DNA of 63,473 nucleotides, filler included, from Octopus bimaculoides (taxonomy: Eukaryota), in the NCBI RefSeq assembly GCF_001194135.2. It is 4 parts of 4 records of this genome, joined end to end, with 100 filler letters (N's around TTAATTAATTAA, not from the genome) between each part and the next. Parts side by side here need not be neighbours in the genome. Positions count along the whole stretch, not along the records: positions 1 to 29,586 come from NC_068990.1; 3 more parts are not named here. One strand, 5' to 3'. A program made the position numbers and the translations under genes. Shown here piece by piece: positions 1-12,044 of the stretch. The notes beneath the pieces are model-generated. The model was not told the origin of the DNA. It did no database searches and worked only from the letters and a program-made list of their open reading frames with translations. Position 1 is the first letter of the stretch. Each line of letters begins with the position of its first letter.

Positions 1-129
1 ATGATCTTACATTCTTACATTCTTACATTCTTACATTCTTTATTTTTGTACTCTCTCTAGAATCCTTCCGTGATTCCTCTCCTCCGACTAATGCTATCCC
101 AGCAAATACGTATGAATGTGTGCGTATAT

Positions 130-192
<63 letters not shown>

Positions 193-479
193 TATGCATA
201 TACATACATGCATATAGCCAAATGTACCTACATGTATATACATGTACATGCATATAAATGTGTCTATATGTATATATTAATGTGTTTGTGTGTGTGCGTA
301 CAAGTATTGGTGACAAGTAAGATATTTCCAGTTACGTCTGCGACACAAAGTTACGTAAAAATAGTCGAAGGTAATATAAAAGAGATGAAATCAGAGAGAA
401 TGGCGAGGATGAGACAGAAAAAAATAATAGGAAAGAAGGAGTGGGGACCCTGACTGAAAGAGAAAGGAGCAAAAATGGA

Positions 480-1300
480 ATATAGGGTGGGAGGAGGAGG
501 AGGAGGAGGAGGGGAGTTAAAGAAAAATAAAAGTAGTCTGGGAAGTATGGCGGTGGGAGGGAATATATTGGGAGAAAAATGAGGGAAAGGAAGAGGGTAA
601 CGAAGTAAAAGAAGCTTTTTTAGGGGAAGAATTACCGGTAAACAATGGAGTGGTTATGTTAATTTATATTTGATGATATTAGTGTGTGTGGTTTGTATGA
701 TTGATAAAAAGGTTAATGAAGCAGAAGGAAGAGGGGGGGAAGAAGAAGAAGAGAAGGAGGAGGGAGGGAGGGAGAGAGGAGGGGAAGAGGAGGAAGTGGA
801 GGGAAGAAGACAATGAAGAGGGAGGAGGAGGGGGAGGAGNNNNNNNNNNNNNNNNNNNNNNNNNNNNNNNNNNNNNNNNNNNNNNNNNNNNNNNNNNNNN
901 NNNNNNNNNNNNNNNNNNNNNNNNNNNNNNNNNNNNNNNNNNNNNNNNNNNNNNNNNNNNNNNNTGAGGATGACCACGACGACGACGACGACGACGACGA
1001 GTGATGATGATAAAGAAGAAGAAGAAGAAGAAGAAGAAGAAGAAGAAGAAGATGATGATGATGATGAAGATGTTGATGATGATGATGATGACGATGATGA
1101 AACCAAAATAAAGAAGAAAATCAAGAAAGGAAGAAGAGGAAGGAAAAAGGAAAAGAAAAAGAAAAAAACGTAGTGTGAGGGGCAAGCCAAAGAAAGAGAT
1201 CGGGCCGGAGATAGAGAAGAGAGAAATGCTTTAAAAAGTGAGTGAGGAAGAAAGAAAGAGTGTGTGAGAGAGACAGAGAGACAGAGAGAGAGACAGAGAG

Positions 1301-1339
<39 letters not shown>

Positions 1340-1340
1340 A
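480..1340. repeat. Purine-rich low-complexity tract with (GGA)n, (GAA)n, (GAT)n and (GA)n
   Basis: Read directly; contains a gap at 840-964. Confidence 0.9.
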
Positions 1341-1608
1341 GCTGAAAAAATATTGTGAGATGGTAATGTTACAGAGAATCCCTTAACCATGTGACATCTC
1401 GTGGCCAATCAAAAATGATCAACATTAATGGAGCCACGTCAGCAATTGACAGAGAAAAGGGATTTCATGAAATGAAAGGGAAAATGAAGAGAATTCGCTG
1501 AGAAAATTTTGGAAATACTAGAAATTTAGGATTCATGCTTGTCTTAATATATGCCTTCAATATACACGTACAAGCGTGTATTTTGTACACACGCACACAC
1601 ACACACAC

Positions 1609-1647
<39 letters not shown>

Positions 1648-2453
1648 CAAACGCTCTTACACNNNNNNNNNNCACACACACGCTCAAACGCTCCTACACT
1701 CCACCACATCCATGCATGTATACATACATACAAACATATATATATATATATATGTGTGTGTGTGTATCAAATACCAACACACACACACACTAATACATTA
1801 GTTCGAACACGCTAGCTTAAAGATAGTATTTTTGCTGTAATATCGTGCCTTGTATGTACAGTTTATAATATTATGTAACATACCATTATGTTAGAATTGT
1901 TTTGACATAGATTAGACGTTTCGATCACGAGCATCTTATTATTTTTGAAGACAAGATGTATGAATTTTAAAACATTGGTCACATTAAGAAGTATCATTGG
2001 CGAAAGATGAAGATTTGTTGTTTGCGATAGCGAAAGTGGGGGATTCATTGAGTAAAATAACACCATTGGGAAATACTGAGTTGAAATGAGGAGCAACAGG
2101 TGATGTGGTGTTGTTTAAATGCACACGTTGTAAACATTTGGTGATTTCAATCCGCCAATCATATAACAATTTTCTCCAGTGTACAGGAAACGATAAAACT
2201 GGCATTTAAGACAGTAAATAACATTTATATGGTATGGGGAAATGATTAGTGTTAAAAAGAAAGAGACGCCCGTAGAAAACCAGGAGCAGAATGGGACGAT
2301 TGGGTGCGGCTGTTTGGACGCTGGCAATTTAGTACTGCTCATTGGACAGTTAAACTGTTTTGGCAATAGTACGTTTTGGTACTGGAAGCAAACACTCACA
2401 TACACACATTCACACATACTCTCTCTTTCTCTGTCTCTGTCTGTCTGTCTGTA

Positions 2454-2529
<76 letters not shown>

Positions 2530-2968
2530 AATGCACGCGCAGAAATATACACATATGGGTAGAGTGTGAGAGAGAAGCACTACGCACACATACAAAAACA
2601 ACTAGATACTCATATACATAAACAGAGAGAGACAGACAGAGGGGGAGAGGGAGAAGTGGGAGGAAGGGAGGGAGAGAATAATAGAAACGTTAAAACGAGA
2701 GAAACATTGAAACGTCTGATGTCAAACTGAGGACGATTGTTAGTCTGAGAAACGCCGTATCGGATGGCGACTCACTGCTGAAAGGGTTGCGGCTTCTCTT
2801 GAGAGTGCCATTAGTAAGTTGCGTAAGCTAGCAATATTCAAAACGCCTTTAGCAAGCAGATTTCATCGCTGTGTACATTCGCATCGTCAAAGAAATACTG
2901 GAAACTACAAGGGCAATCATGATTGCTAATGATCAGCAGTGGCAGAATGTACGCAGAATGTGTGTGTT

Positions 2969-3006
<38 letters not shown>

Positions 3007-3074
3007 CGTACGTACATATGCATGAATGTGTGTTTCTGTGTGTTTGTATCACGCACATGTATATCTATATACAA

Positions 3075-3222
3075 CGGACTTCTTTAGGTTTCCGTCTATC
3101 AACTCCATTCACAAAGCTTTGGCTGGCCTGAGGCTATAGAGAGGGCACTTGCCTAAAGTGTCATGCAGTAGGACTGAAATCAGAACCATGTAGTTGGGAA
3201 GCAAACTTCTTACCACACAGCA
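3075..3222 (-). mobile_element. SINE family B, 5' half
   Basis: Reverse-complement match to 11660-11815. Confidence 0.75.
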
Positions 3223-4029
3223 ACGTTCGAACCAAACATCCGTGATAAACGAGGATAGATGCACAAGTATTTTTCAAAGAACAGAGTAAATGGTACCGCG
3301 TATTCCAAATCTAATTGATTTATGATATAATGGAAAGTTCTAAAACGTTCCAAAAATTATTCATTTGAACTCGTTTAAATATGATATGTAAAAACTAATC
3401 ACATACACTAGTGAGATATGCATACATATTTCATAAGTATATCGTCACATACACCTGCGTACATATTATACACACTAATTCCCTCATATTCACAAATCTT
3501 TGAGAAGGTCTTCACTCATACAAAAATGACTTGTCTGTTAGAGAAGGGCTTCAGTTCTACAAAGAACTTAAGTATATCTCGAAGAATGATGTATACGCCA
3601 TAGAAACCGGGAAACCGGGCCCATGAGCCTGGCTAGGCTTTAAACGGGCGCAAAAAAATATATATATATACCACGTAAGACAACTACTAATGCATAGCTT
3701 GACAATAAGCAGCGTGCGATGGAAGAATCTCACCGCTTTAAGTGTAATGAGAAAAGACAAGTTTAAAGGAACAAACTGTGTATGTACTAAGATTTATGTA
3801 TTCTCAGGTAGGTGTAACAGATTTTGTATGCGACAGGCGGATTTCGTTCCGGTCATGTATAACAGTGGTAATTAGACCGACGCCTTAACGCGGTTGATGT
3901 AGGTTAGAATCATGCTGGGTTTCCCCCCATTTACGTCCTCTTTTAGTATACGTTTTATTTGGTTAAATGTAAACACGTAGTTACAGTTCAACCTTAAATT
4001 AACCAGCATTTTATGCATATGTGGGCGTA

Positions 4030-4103
<74 letters not shown>

Positions 4104-5515
4104 TATATATATATATATATATATNNNNNNNNNNNNNNNNNNNNNNNNNNNNNNNNNNNNNNNNNNNNNNNNNNNNNNNNNNNNNNNNNNNNNNNNNNNN
4201 NNNNNNNNNNNNNNNNNNNNNNNNNNNNNNNNNNNNNNNNNNNNNNNNNNNNNNNNNNNNTATATATATGTATGTATGTATATATACATAATATATATAT
4301 ATACACACAAACAAACACAGACATGCGCACATACAGACACATAGGCGCACGTGTTCATATGCACATACACATATGCGTATGTGTGTGCGTTAGTTGTCTC
4401 TTCTCTCGTTAGCGATATTATATTTGCCCTCCCACTTCGTCATAAGCCCTGCATTAAACCTTAACCTCTAGAGCGCCTTTCACCGCCAGAATTCCATCCC
4501 TACCCATGCTTCCCTCTCCCTCATCCCCCCCTTTTGTCAATTTGTAACTGTTGATCAACATCACCCCCATCACCTTCATCGTTCTCAGAACCCTCTCCAC
4601 CAAAGTAAACAATACGAAATGAAAAGAATAAAAAAAAATAGGAAATGCATTCAGACACACGCAGGAGCAAAGAACAGCAAATAATAGGGAGTCGTTAAAT
4701 TAAGTACCAGTTGTGTACTGGTCGCTCCCGCCTGGGAATTATAATCGATTTGATGTAGCATATCTTTCTGTTAATTGGAAAGTAAACGAGAAATATTAAT
4801 GGCCGTCTTCAGAAAATGTTGCCGGAAACTCAGTGGTCCCTAACCAACTGCCTTTCTTGGAATTTATCGTTGTTACTGTTTATCGTAATCATTTAATCCC
4901 AGGTCTCTTTTAATTCGATATATCTATAATCAAAGACATTTCAGTGATGACCATGCCGTCTTTTAGCACATCCTGAGCTACACTTTACAATTTCCTTATC
5001 ATTTGTTTCTAAACAGATAAACACTGTTGATGGAATTTGGCTACTGTTTCTAGCCAGTCAAGCGATCCACGTTGGACTGTACAGACGTTGGGAGTCAGAG
5101 CTTTTATATAACACGTGGTGATTCTTTTTCTTTTTGAAGTTTACTGCATTCGTCGTTTATATATTTATAAAATGAAGTGCTATTACGTACTAGTCTAACA
5201 ATGCCAGAAGGACGAATGGATGGTAAATTAGACCACGGTGGGATTTGAAATCAGAACTTAAAAGAACTAAGTAACTAAATATTACAAATCAGCATGAGTA
5301 GTCACTGTAATCGTTGATGTTTTATTGTTGTTGTTGTCGTTGTTGTTACTACACAGTCGATGTTTCTTTCAGTTCTCAGTACCAGGACACACATACCGGT
5401 TCTGAGATTATTTTCGTATGAATATTGCTCCGCCCTGTTTCGAATTCTTAAAATTTCTTTAGAGAAATAAAATAAATATCCGCACAACAACAACAACAGC
5501 AACAACAACAACAAC

Positions 5516-5561
<46 letters not shown>

Positions 5562-5984
5562 NNNNNNNNNNNNNNNNNNNNNNNNNNNNNNNNNNNNNNN
5601 NNNNNNNNNNNNNNNNNNNNNNNNNNNNNNNNNNNNNNNNNNNNNNNNNNNNNNNNNNNNNNNNNNNNNNNNNNNNNNNNNNNNNNNNNNNNNNNNNNNN
5701 NNNNNNNNNNNNNNNNNNNNNNNNNNNNNNNNNNNNNNNNNNNNNNNNNNNNNNNNNNNNNNNNNNNNNNNNNNNNNNNNNNNNNNNNNNNNNNNNNNNN
5801 NNNNNNNNNNNNNNNNNNNNNNNNNNNNNNNNNNNNNNNNNNNNNNNNNNNNNNNNNNNNNNNNNNNNNNNNNNNNNNNNNNNNNNNNNNNNNNNNNNNN
5901 NNNNNNNNNNNNNNNNNNNNNNNNNNNNNNNNNNNNNNNNNNNNAGCAACAACAGCAATAACAACAAAATCGATAACAATAATG

Positions 5985-6197
5985 ATCTTTTCCACTAAAG
6001 GCAAAAGGCCTGAAATTAGGGGGAGGGAAGAAGTCGATTACATTGACCCCAGTGTATCACTGGTGCTTAATTCATCGACTCCGGAAGGATGAAAGGCAAA
6101 GTTGACCTCGGCAGAATTTGAATTCAGAACGTAGCGACGGGTGACATGACGCTAAGCATTTTCTCCAGCGTATAACGATTCTGCCAGCTCACCGCTT
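5985..6197 (-). mobile_element. tRNA-derived SINE, family A
   Basis: A/B-box-like head (GCGGTGAGCTGGCAGAATCG..GAATTCAAATTCTGCC) and body CTTTGCCTTTCATCCTT..GGGGTCAATGTAATCGAC. More than ten copies in the window. Confidence 0.85.
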
Positions 6198-6243
<46 letters not shown>

Positions 6244-6244
<1 letters not shown>

Positions 6245-7030
6245 CAGAAAAAAAAGAACAGAAGTTATCTGACTGGCAAGAGAAGGCGTTGCATGGTAGA
6301 TTCTCAAAGATAGTTGCAGGAAATAGTAATGAAACATGGTTATGGTTGCAAAAAGGAAGGCTGAGAAAGGAGACAGGAAGTTTGTTAGTAGCAGCACAAG
6401 ATCAAGCATTCAGGACTATTTGGATAAGAACCAAGCTAGACAAAAACCAAGTAGATTCCCAATGTAGGTTACGCAAATCAAAAGAGGAAAGCGTTACTCA
6501 TTTAGTAAGTGAATGCAGTATGCTGGTACAGAAAGAATACAAGAAAATACATGACAACCTAGGGAGAGTAATACACTGGGAGTTATGTAGAAAGATAGAA
6601 TTTGAACATATTGATAAATGGTATGAACATGAATCTAATAAAGTACTAGAAAGTAAGAAATACAAGATGCTGTAGGACTGTAACATTCAGACTGATAGAG
6701 TTACAGAACCTTGAAGGCCTGATTCAGTGGTAGTAGTAGATAAAAAGAACAGAAAGTGCCAGGTAATTGACTTTACAGTCTCAAATGATGAAAAAAATTA
6801 ATATGAAAGGTATAGAAAAAATAGCAAAGTATCAAGATCTAGCCATTGACTATGGAAAGTGCAGGTAAAATGTATTCCTGTCGTTATAGGTGCATTTCGA
6901 ACTATACATAAAGATCTGAACAGATGGATAGAGGAAACAGGCATAAAACCCAGTTTTGTACAGCTGCAGAAAACAATGTTATTAGGGACAGCTAGGATAC
7001 TTAAGAGGGTCCTTGTTGTAGCCTGACATT
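6244..7030 (+). mobile_element. R4/Dong-like non-LTR retrotransposon 3' fragment (post-RT region, CCHC knuckle, RLE)
   Basis: ORF 6289-6675 has HGRF..KETGSLLVAAQDQA..CRLRK..ESVTHLVSEC..HDNLGRVIHWELC. It continues through stops and frameshifts as DCNIQTDRV..RPDSVVVVDKKNRKCQVIDF..IPVVIGAF..QKTMLLGTARILKRVL. Preceded by (TAA)n at 6199-6243. Confidence 0.85.
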
Positions 7031-7062
7031 AGGAATTGAGCATATATGAAATAATAGTAATA

Positions 7063-7277
7063 ATCCTTTCTAGAAAAGACACAAGACCTGAAATTTGTGG
7101 GGAGGGGACTAGTCGATTACATCGATCCCCAGTACTCAAGTGGTACTTAATTTATCGACCCTGGAAAGATGAAAAGCAAAGTCGACCTCGGCAGAATTTG
7201 AACTCAGAACATAGCGATGGGCGAAATACCGCTAAGCAGTTTTCCCGACGTGCTAACGATTCTACCCGCTCACCGCT

Positions 7278-7278
<1 letters not shown>
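7063..7278 (-). mobile_element. SINE family A
   Basis: Full-length similarity to 5985-6197. Confidence 0.85.
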
Positions 7279-7344
<66 letters not shown>

Positions 7345-7348
<4 letters not shown>

Positions 7349-7733
7349 TTTAAAAAATGCTTTCTAATTGATGTATCAATACCAGCAGATGACAACGTTT
7401 CTCTAAAAGAAATGGAAAAACTTTCAAAATACAAAGACCTGGAAATAGAGATAACTCGAATGTGGAATCTAAAAACAGAAACAATTCCTATCATAGTAGG
7501 TGCCTTAGGTATAATAAAAAAATATTCAGACAAATACATAACAAAAATAGCAGGACTTACAAATATATATAACATACAGAAAATTGCACTACTGGGCACT
7601 GCACACATCCTACGCAAAACACTTTCAATACAGTAAACATAAGAGCACCACAGCAAACCACAGCACATACCCAAGGCGCACAGAGCTGCGCTCGGTAGTG
7701 AAGTGAAAGCACGTTATAAAAATAAAACTACTG
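7345..7733 (+). mobile_element. R4/Dong-like element, RLE C-terminus plus 3' UTR, embedded in (TAA)n
   Basis: KKCFLIDVSIPADDNVSLKEMEKLSKYKDLEIEITRMWNLKTETIPIIVGALG..QKIALLGTAHILRKTLSIQ*, with the D..E-K..KY RLE signature. (TAA)n lies on both sides (7279-7344 and 7734-7754). Confidence 0.85.
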
Positions 7734-8912
7734 AATAATAATAATAATAATAATTTCAAATTCTGGCTCAAATATACTAAGTCTATTTTATGTATTGAGT
7801 AATCTAAATACTTTTTCTTCAACTATACACACGACACATTTACCAATGTCTTCGTGATCTCAATTCACCAACATCCGGTATTTATTATAACAACAGTGTA
7901 CTAAAATTTGTTCTCTTAACAATCGCGCTCCATAATGTCCTTCACCCCTTCATTTTAACTAGCCCAAATGAAATAGTCCCAACAATAATTATTTCTAACT
8001 AATTAATCTTCTTGCCATATTTTAATATCCATAACGCGATATCGGAAACCCTTAATAAGATTTAAGAAATTGAGTCACATACGTCACTGATATTTCAATA
8101 AGAAGTTAAGTCTTAATTATCTGATGATTATCCAATACACATGAATATGAAAGTCTGAAATACGATGTAGTATTACTAACGGATTATATAACTATATGCG
8201 TGTGTGTACGTGTGTGTATGTGTGAGCATGCGCGCACGTGTGCGTGTATGTGTCTACTAATACGCAAATACATATGTGTGTGGAAGAGCGTGTGTTAGTG
8301 TACGTACATGCATAAAAGGAAGAAAAGAGCACGTTGTAAATTTTATAAATATAATTTGTAGATGAGCACTAAGCGATTTATGGGGCTATTTCGCAGTGAG
8401 ACGATATGGAGGTCGGGTTAAAAGTCTGCTTCTTGCCTGACATAAATGAATGGATAGCGTACATCTCCCTGTATGTATATATGCGTGTGTGTGTGTATGT
8501 GTATACATGATACGTACAAACATATAATAAAAGACAGGGAGCATTCTGTAAATCTTACTTTATAAAGCAACGCAATTGCGCTTTCACATGCGGTTTTCAC
8601 TGCAATGTAATTATTTCATTGACTATCAAATGAAAATGATCGCAATGATTTTGGCAAAATCTGGCAGTATTGCTATCTCCAGCGCTGCCGAGTAGCATTG
8701 ATTCTAGCCACATAAATGGCCGGTGTCTTTTGGACTGTACTGTAGAGCACTTATGCCTCCCGTCCCCAATTATCCTTGCAGCCATCACAACACACCACAC
8801 CGGATACAGATATAATCACTGCAGCCATGATCTGTTATTTGCGCTCAGCCTGGTATTTTTCTCACATACGTCCGGCACTCCTATATATATATATACATAC
8901 ACATATATACAG

Positions 8913-8960
<48 letters not shown>

Positions 8961-9105
8961 GTGTGTATATGTGTGTGCGTGTGCGTGTGTGTGCGTGCGT
9001 GTGTGTGTGTGTGTATGTGTGGTACAAAAATGAAATCAAAAACGCGAAGTCGAGGTAAAAATATACAAACACGATGTATTAGGTTGACGTACACAAAGAT
9101 TAGAA

Positions 9106-9145
9106 GTCTTTAATGTTTCGAGCCTAAGCTATTCTACGGAAAGGA
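9106..9145 (-). ncRNA. Hammerhead-ribozyme-like motif, variant core (copy 1)
   Basis: - strand: CCTTT CCGTAGA A TAGC-TTAG-GCTC GAAAC ATT AAAG. Confidence 0.35.
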
Positions 9146-9753
9146 TACTGTTGTAATTCAACGTCGGACTGTTATAACGTTCACAGCGGTATAGCAGTAT
9201 AGTTAGTTAGACAAGTAAGACACGACTATTTTTGACCGACTACCCCGACGGCACAGTATTTGTAAAGACTAGCACATACCACTCGTCACGTGGGAGGGAT
9301 GTTCCATTGATATTATCACCGTAACAAATACATGGCGAGAAAGATATATGCATAAAAAGACACGCACACACATATTTACATGCATATATATCTTTATGTG
9401 CGTGTGACTGCGTATGGTGCGCGCAGGCGTATGTGTGTGTGTTTATACTTGAATAGAATTAAAGTAGGTGGTGTCAAAAAATATATCTACATCAATAATA
9501 TACAAAACAGTTATATAAATTAATGCACAAATATTTACAGTTCATTTTCTATTCATGCATACACACACATACATGCATGCATACATACATACATACATAC
9601 ATGCATACATACATACAAGCACACAAATTTAAGTGTCCTTGTCTTCTAGAAACTTCTTTGCATTCGCATATATACGTGCGTGCTGTGCGTGTATACACAC
9701 ATATAGATACACACATACACACGCACAAACACACACGCACTCACATATGTGTG

Positions 9754-9806
<53 letters not shown>

Positions 9807-11008
9807 NNNNNNNNNNNNNNNNNNNNNNNNNNNNNNNNNNNNNNNNNNNNNNNNNNNNNNNNNNNNNNNNNNNNNNNNNNNNNNNNNNNNNNNNNNNNNN
9901 NNNNNNNNNNNNNNNNNNNNNNNNNNNNNNNNNNNNNNNNNNNNNNNNNNNNNNNNNNNNNNNNNNNNNNNNNNNNNNNNNNNNNNNNNNNNNNNNNNNN
10001 NNNNNNNNNNNNNNNNNNNNNNNNNNNNNNNNNNNNNNNNNNNGCACATATGTATGCGTTTATGTGCAGATGCATATATGCGTAAGAGTTGCATGATACG
10101 CATATGCCAAAACTTTCTGGGGTAAGGCAAGGGCACATTCTATGAAATCAGTTAACAATTCACAAAGAATAGTAATTATGTGTTTGTTAAAACAAATAAA
10201 TCTTCGTTGTCATCTGCGAGAAAAAATTATGAAATGAAATGCAAAAAAAAAAATATAGAATAAAAAAAGATTTTTATCTAAATTGTTTTTGCGTTTTTAT
10301 AGAATATCTTTTGACCATATTTTCTTTTATTGTCGAAGATCCCGATTATGGCCTAAATAATTCCAGATGTTTAAATCAACATTTAAATATCCAATTGTTA
10401 AGTTAGTTAATTATTTACTGCTGAATTAACATTTTTTAATGCAGTACTTAACTTTGTATTAAATATCAAATACCTCTGCACCAAGCGAAGGATTTCGACC
10501 ATTTTGAAAGCGAGATTGTTCACGGGATACTAAAATAACTAGCAGAACGGATAGGGTTGCACCAAGGAGTCATGAGGTGAAAAGAAATTTACAAGCTTGT
10601 CTTCGGTTTTGTAAGCTTAGGACCCAGTAAAAAATAACTGTGAGGCGATTGTCTCCTAGATCGAAACCAGAACATGTGAAGTGACATAGTCACGTATGCG
10701 TGTATAAACTCTAAAAGCCACAGTATTTCCGTGATGAGCAATGATCCTAAATATTATCAGCTTTCAAAGACAATAATGGAAGAATTCCACTCAAATAATA
10801 CAATCATCGGGACATATGAAGCGAAAGTCCTTGTGCTTTCGTAAGTCTACCAAAGAAGACGAAAATGTCAGAGTCAGTAGTGCATCAAGCAACATATAAT
10901 TGCGCTATTCAGGAGCTTTTTACGTTCTAATTGTAAAACGATGTCGATTTTATTTCTCATTGATCTTGCGTCGAAGAAATTGCACGGCTGCTCCTTACGT
11001 CGACATGT

Positions 11009-11093
11009 CTGGACTTATGCCGCTGGACTTATGCCGCTGGACTTATGCCGCTGGACTTATGCCGCTGGACTTATGCCGCTGGACTTACGCCTC
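11009..11093. repeat. 14-bp minisatellite (CTGGACTTATGCCG), 5 perfect units plus one degenerate unit
   Basis: Read directly; no spacers. Confidence 0.95.
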
Positions 11094-11347
11094 TTTACAT
11101 CAATCTAAACTCGTGCATATGCTATAAATGTTTGAAATGACGTATTGAGAAGTGTTGTTCCTAAAGCTACTAAATTTATTGTTCTTATATGTTATTAAAT
11201 CGCAGTTTAGGTCTAATTCGCCGGACCGATGACCAAAATATTCAGTTTGAGCAGCTTGTATTTATTTATTTTTTTCTATTGGGTCATAGTGTGTCTAAGC
11301 TTATGTTATCTACAATATGCTGTTTTTAATATGTAAAGTGTGATTCA

Positions 11348-11552
11348 GGCGGCGAGCTGACAGAATAACTACTGCATCGGGCAAAATGCTTAACAGTATT
11401 TCGTCCGTCTTTACATTCTGAGTTCAAATTTCACCGAGGTCGACTTTGCCTTTCGGGGTCGATAGAATAAGCACCACTTGAGCACTGGGGTCGATGTAAC
11501 CGACTTACGCCCTCTTCTGAACTTTCTGGCTTTGTGCCAACATTGGAAAGCA
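11348..11552 (+). mobile_element. SINE family A
   Basis: GGCGGCGAGCTGACAGAA..GAGTTCAAATTTCACCGAGGTCGACTTTGCC..CTGGGGTCGATGTAA. Confidence 0.85.
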
Positions 11553-11654
11553 ATATGTAACGTGTGATTTGAGGGCGAATTGGTCGATAACTTTAGTAGG
11601 ATTTGTGAACGTGTGAATAATTTTTCGTTGTTTCGCGTAATATTCTTATAAACA

Positions 11655-12044
11655 GGCGCAGGTATGGCTGTGTGGTAAGTAGCTTGCTTACCAACCACAT
11701 GGTTCCGGGTTCAGTCCCACTGCGTGGCATCTTGGACAAGTGTCTTCTACTATAGCCTCGAGCTGACTAAAGCCTTGTAAGTGGATTTGGTGGACGGAAA
11801 CTGAAAGAAGCCCGTCGTATATGTGTATATATATGTGTGTATGTTTGTTTGTGTCTGTGTTTGTCCCCCTAGTATTGCTTGACAACCGATGCTGGTATGT
11901 TTATGTCCCCGTAACTTAGCGGTTCGGCAAAAGAGCCCGATAGAATAAGTACTAGGCTTCCAAAGAATAAGTCCTGGGGTCGATTTGCTCGACTAAAGGC
12001 GGTGCTCCAGCATGGCCGCAGTCAAATGGCTGAAACAAGTAAAA
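11655..12044 (+). mobile_element. tRNA-derived SINE, family B (full length, with internal TA/TG microsatellite)
   Basis: A box TGGCTGTGTGG, B box GGTTCAGTCCC, CTTGGACAAGTGTC box, GTGGATTTGGT.GACGGAAACTGAAAGAAGCCCGTCG, and 3' GGTGCTCCAGCATGGCC..TGAAACAAG. Confidence 0.85.

Noticed and set aside
970-1173. Acidic poly-D/E plus Lys-rich ORF resembling a nucleolar or chaperone protein tail
   Set aside because: It is pure (GAC)(GAA)(GAT) repeat inside a larger purine tract, with no splice or domain support.
2716-2780. CTGAGGA..GAAA-CGCC..GGCG hammerhead-like string
   Set aside because: Stem II does not close next to the core, and the required UH after stem III is absent (AC instead).
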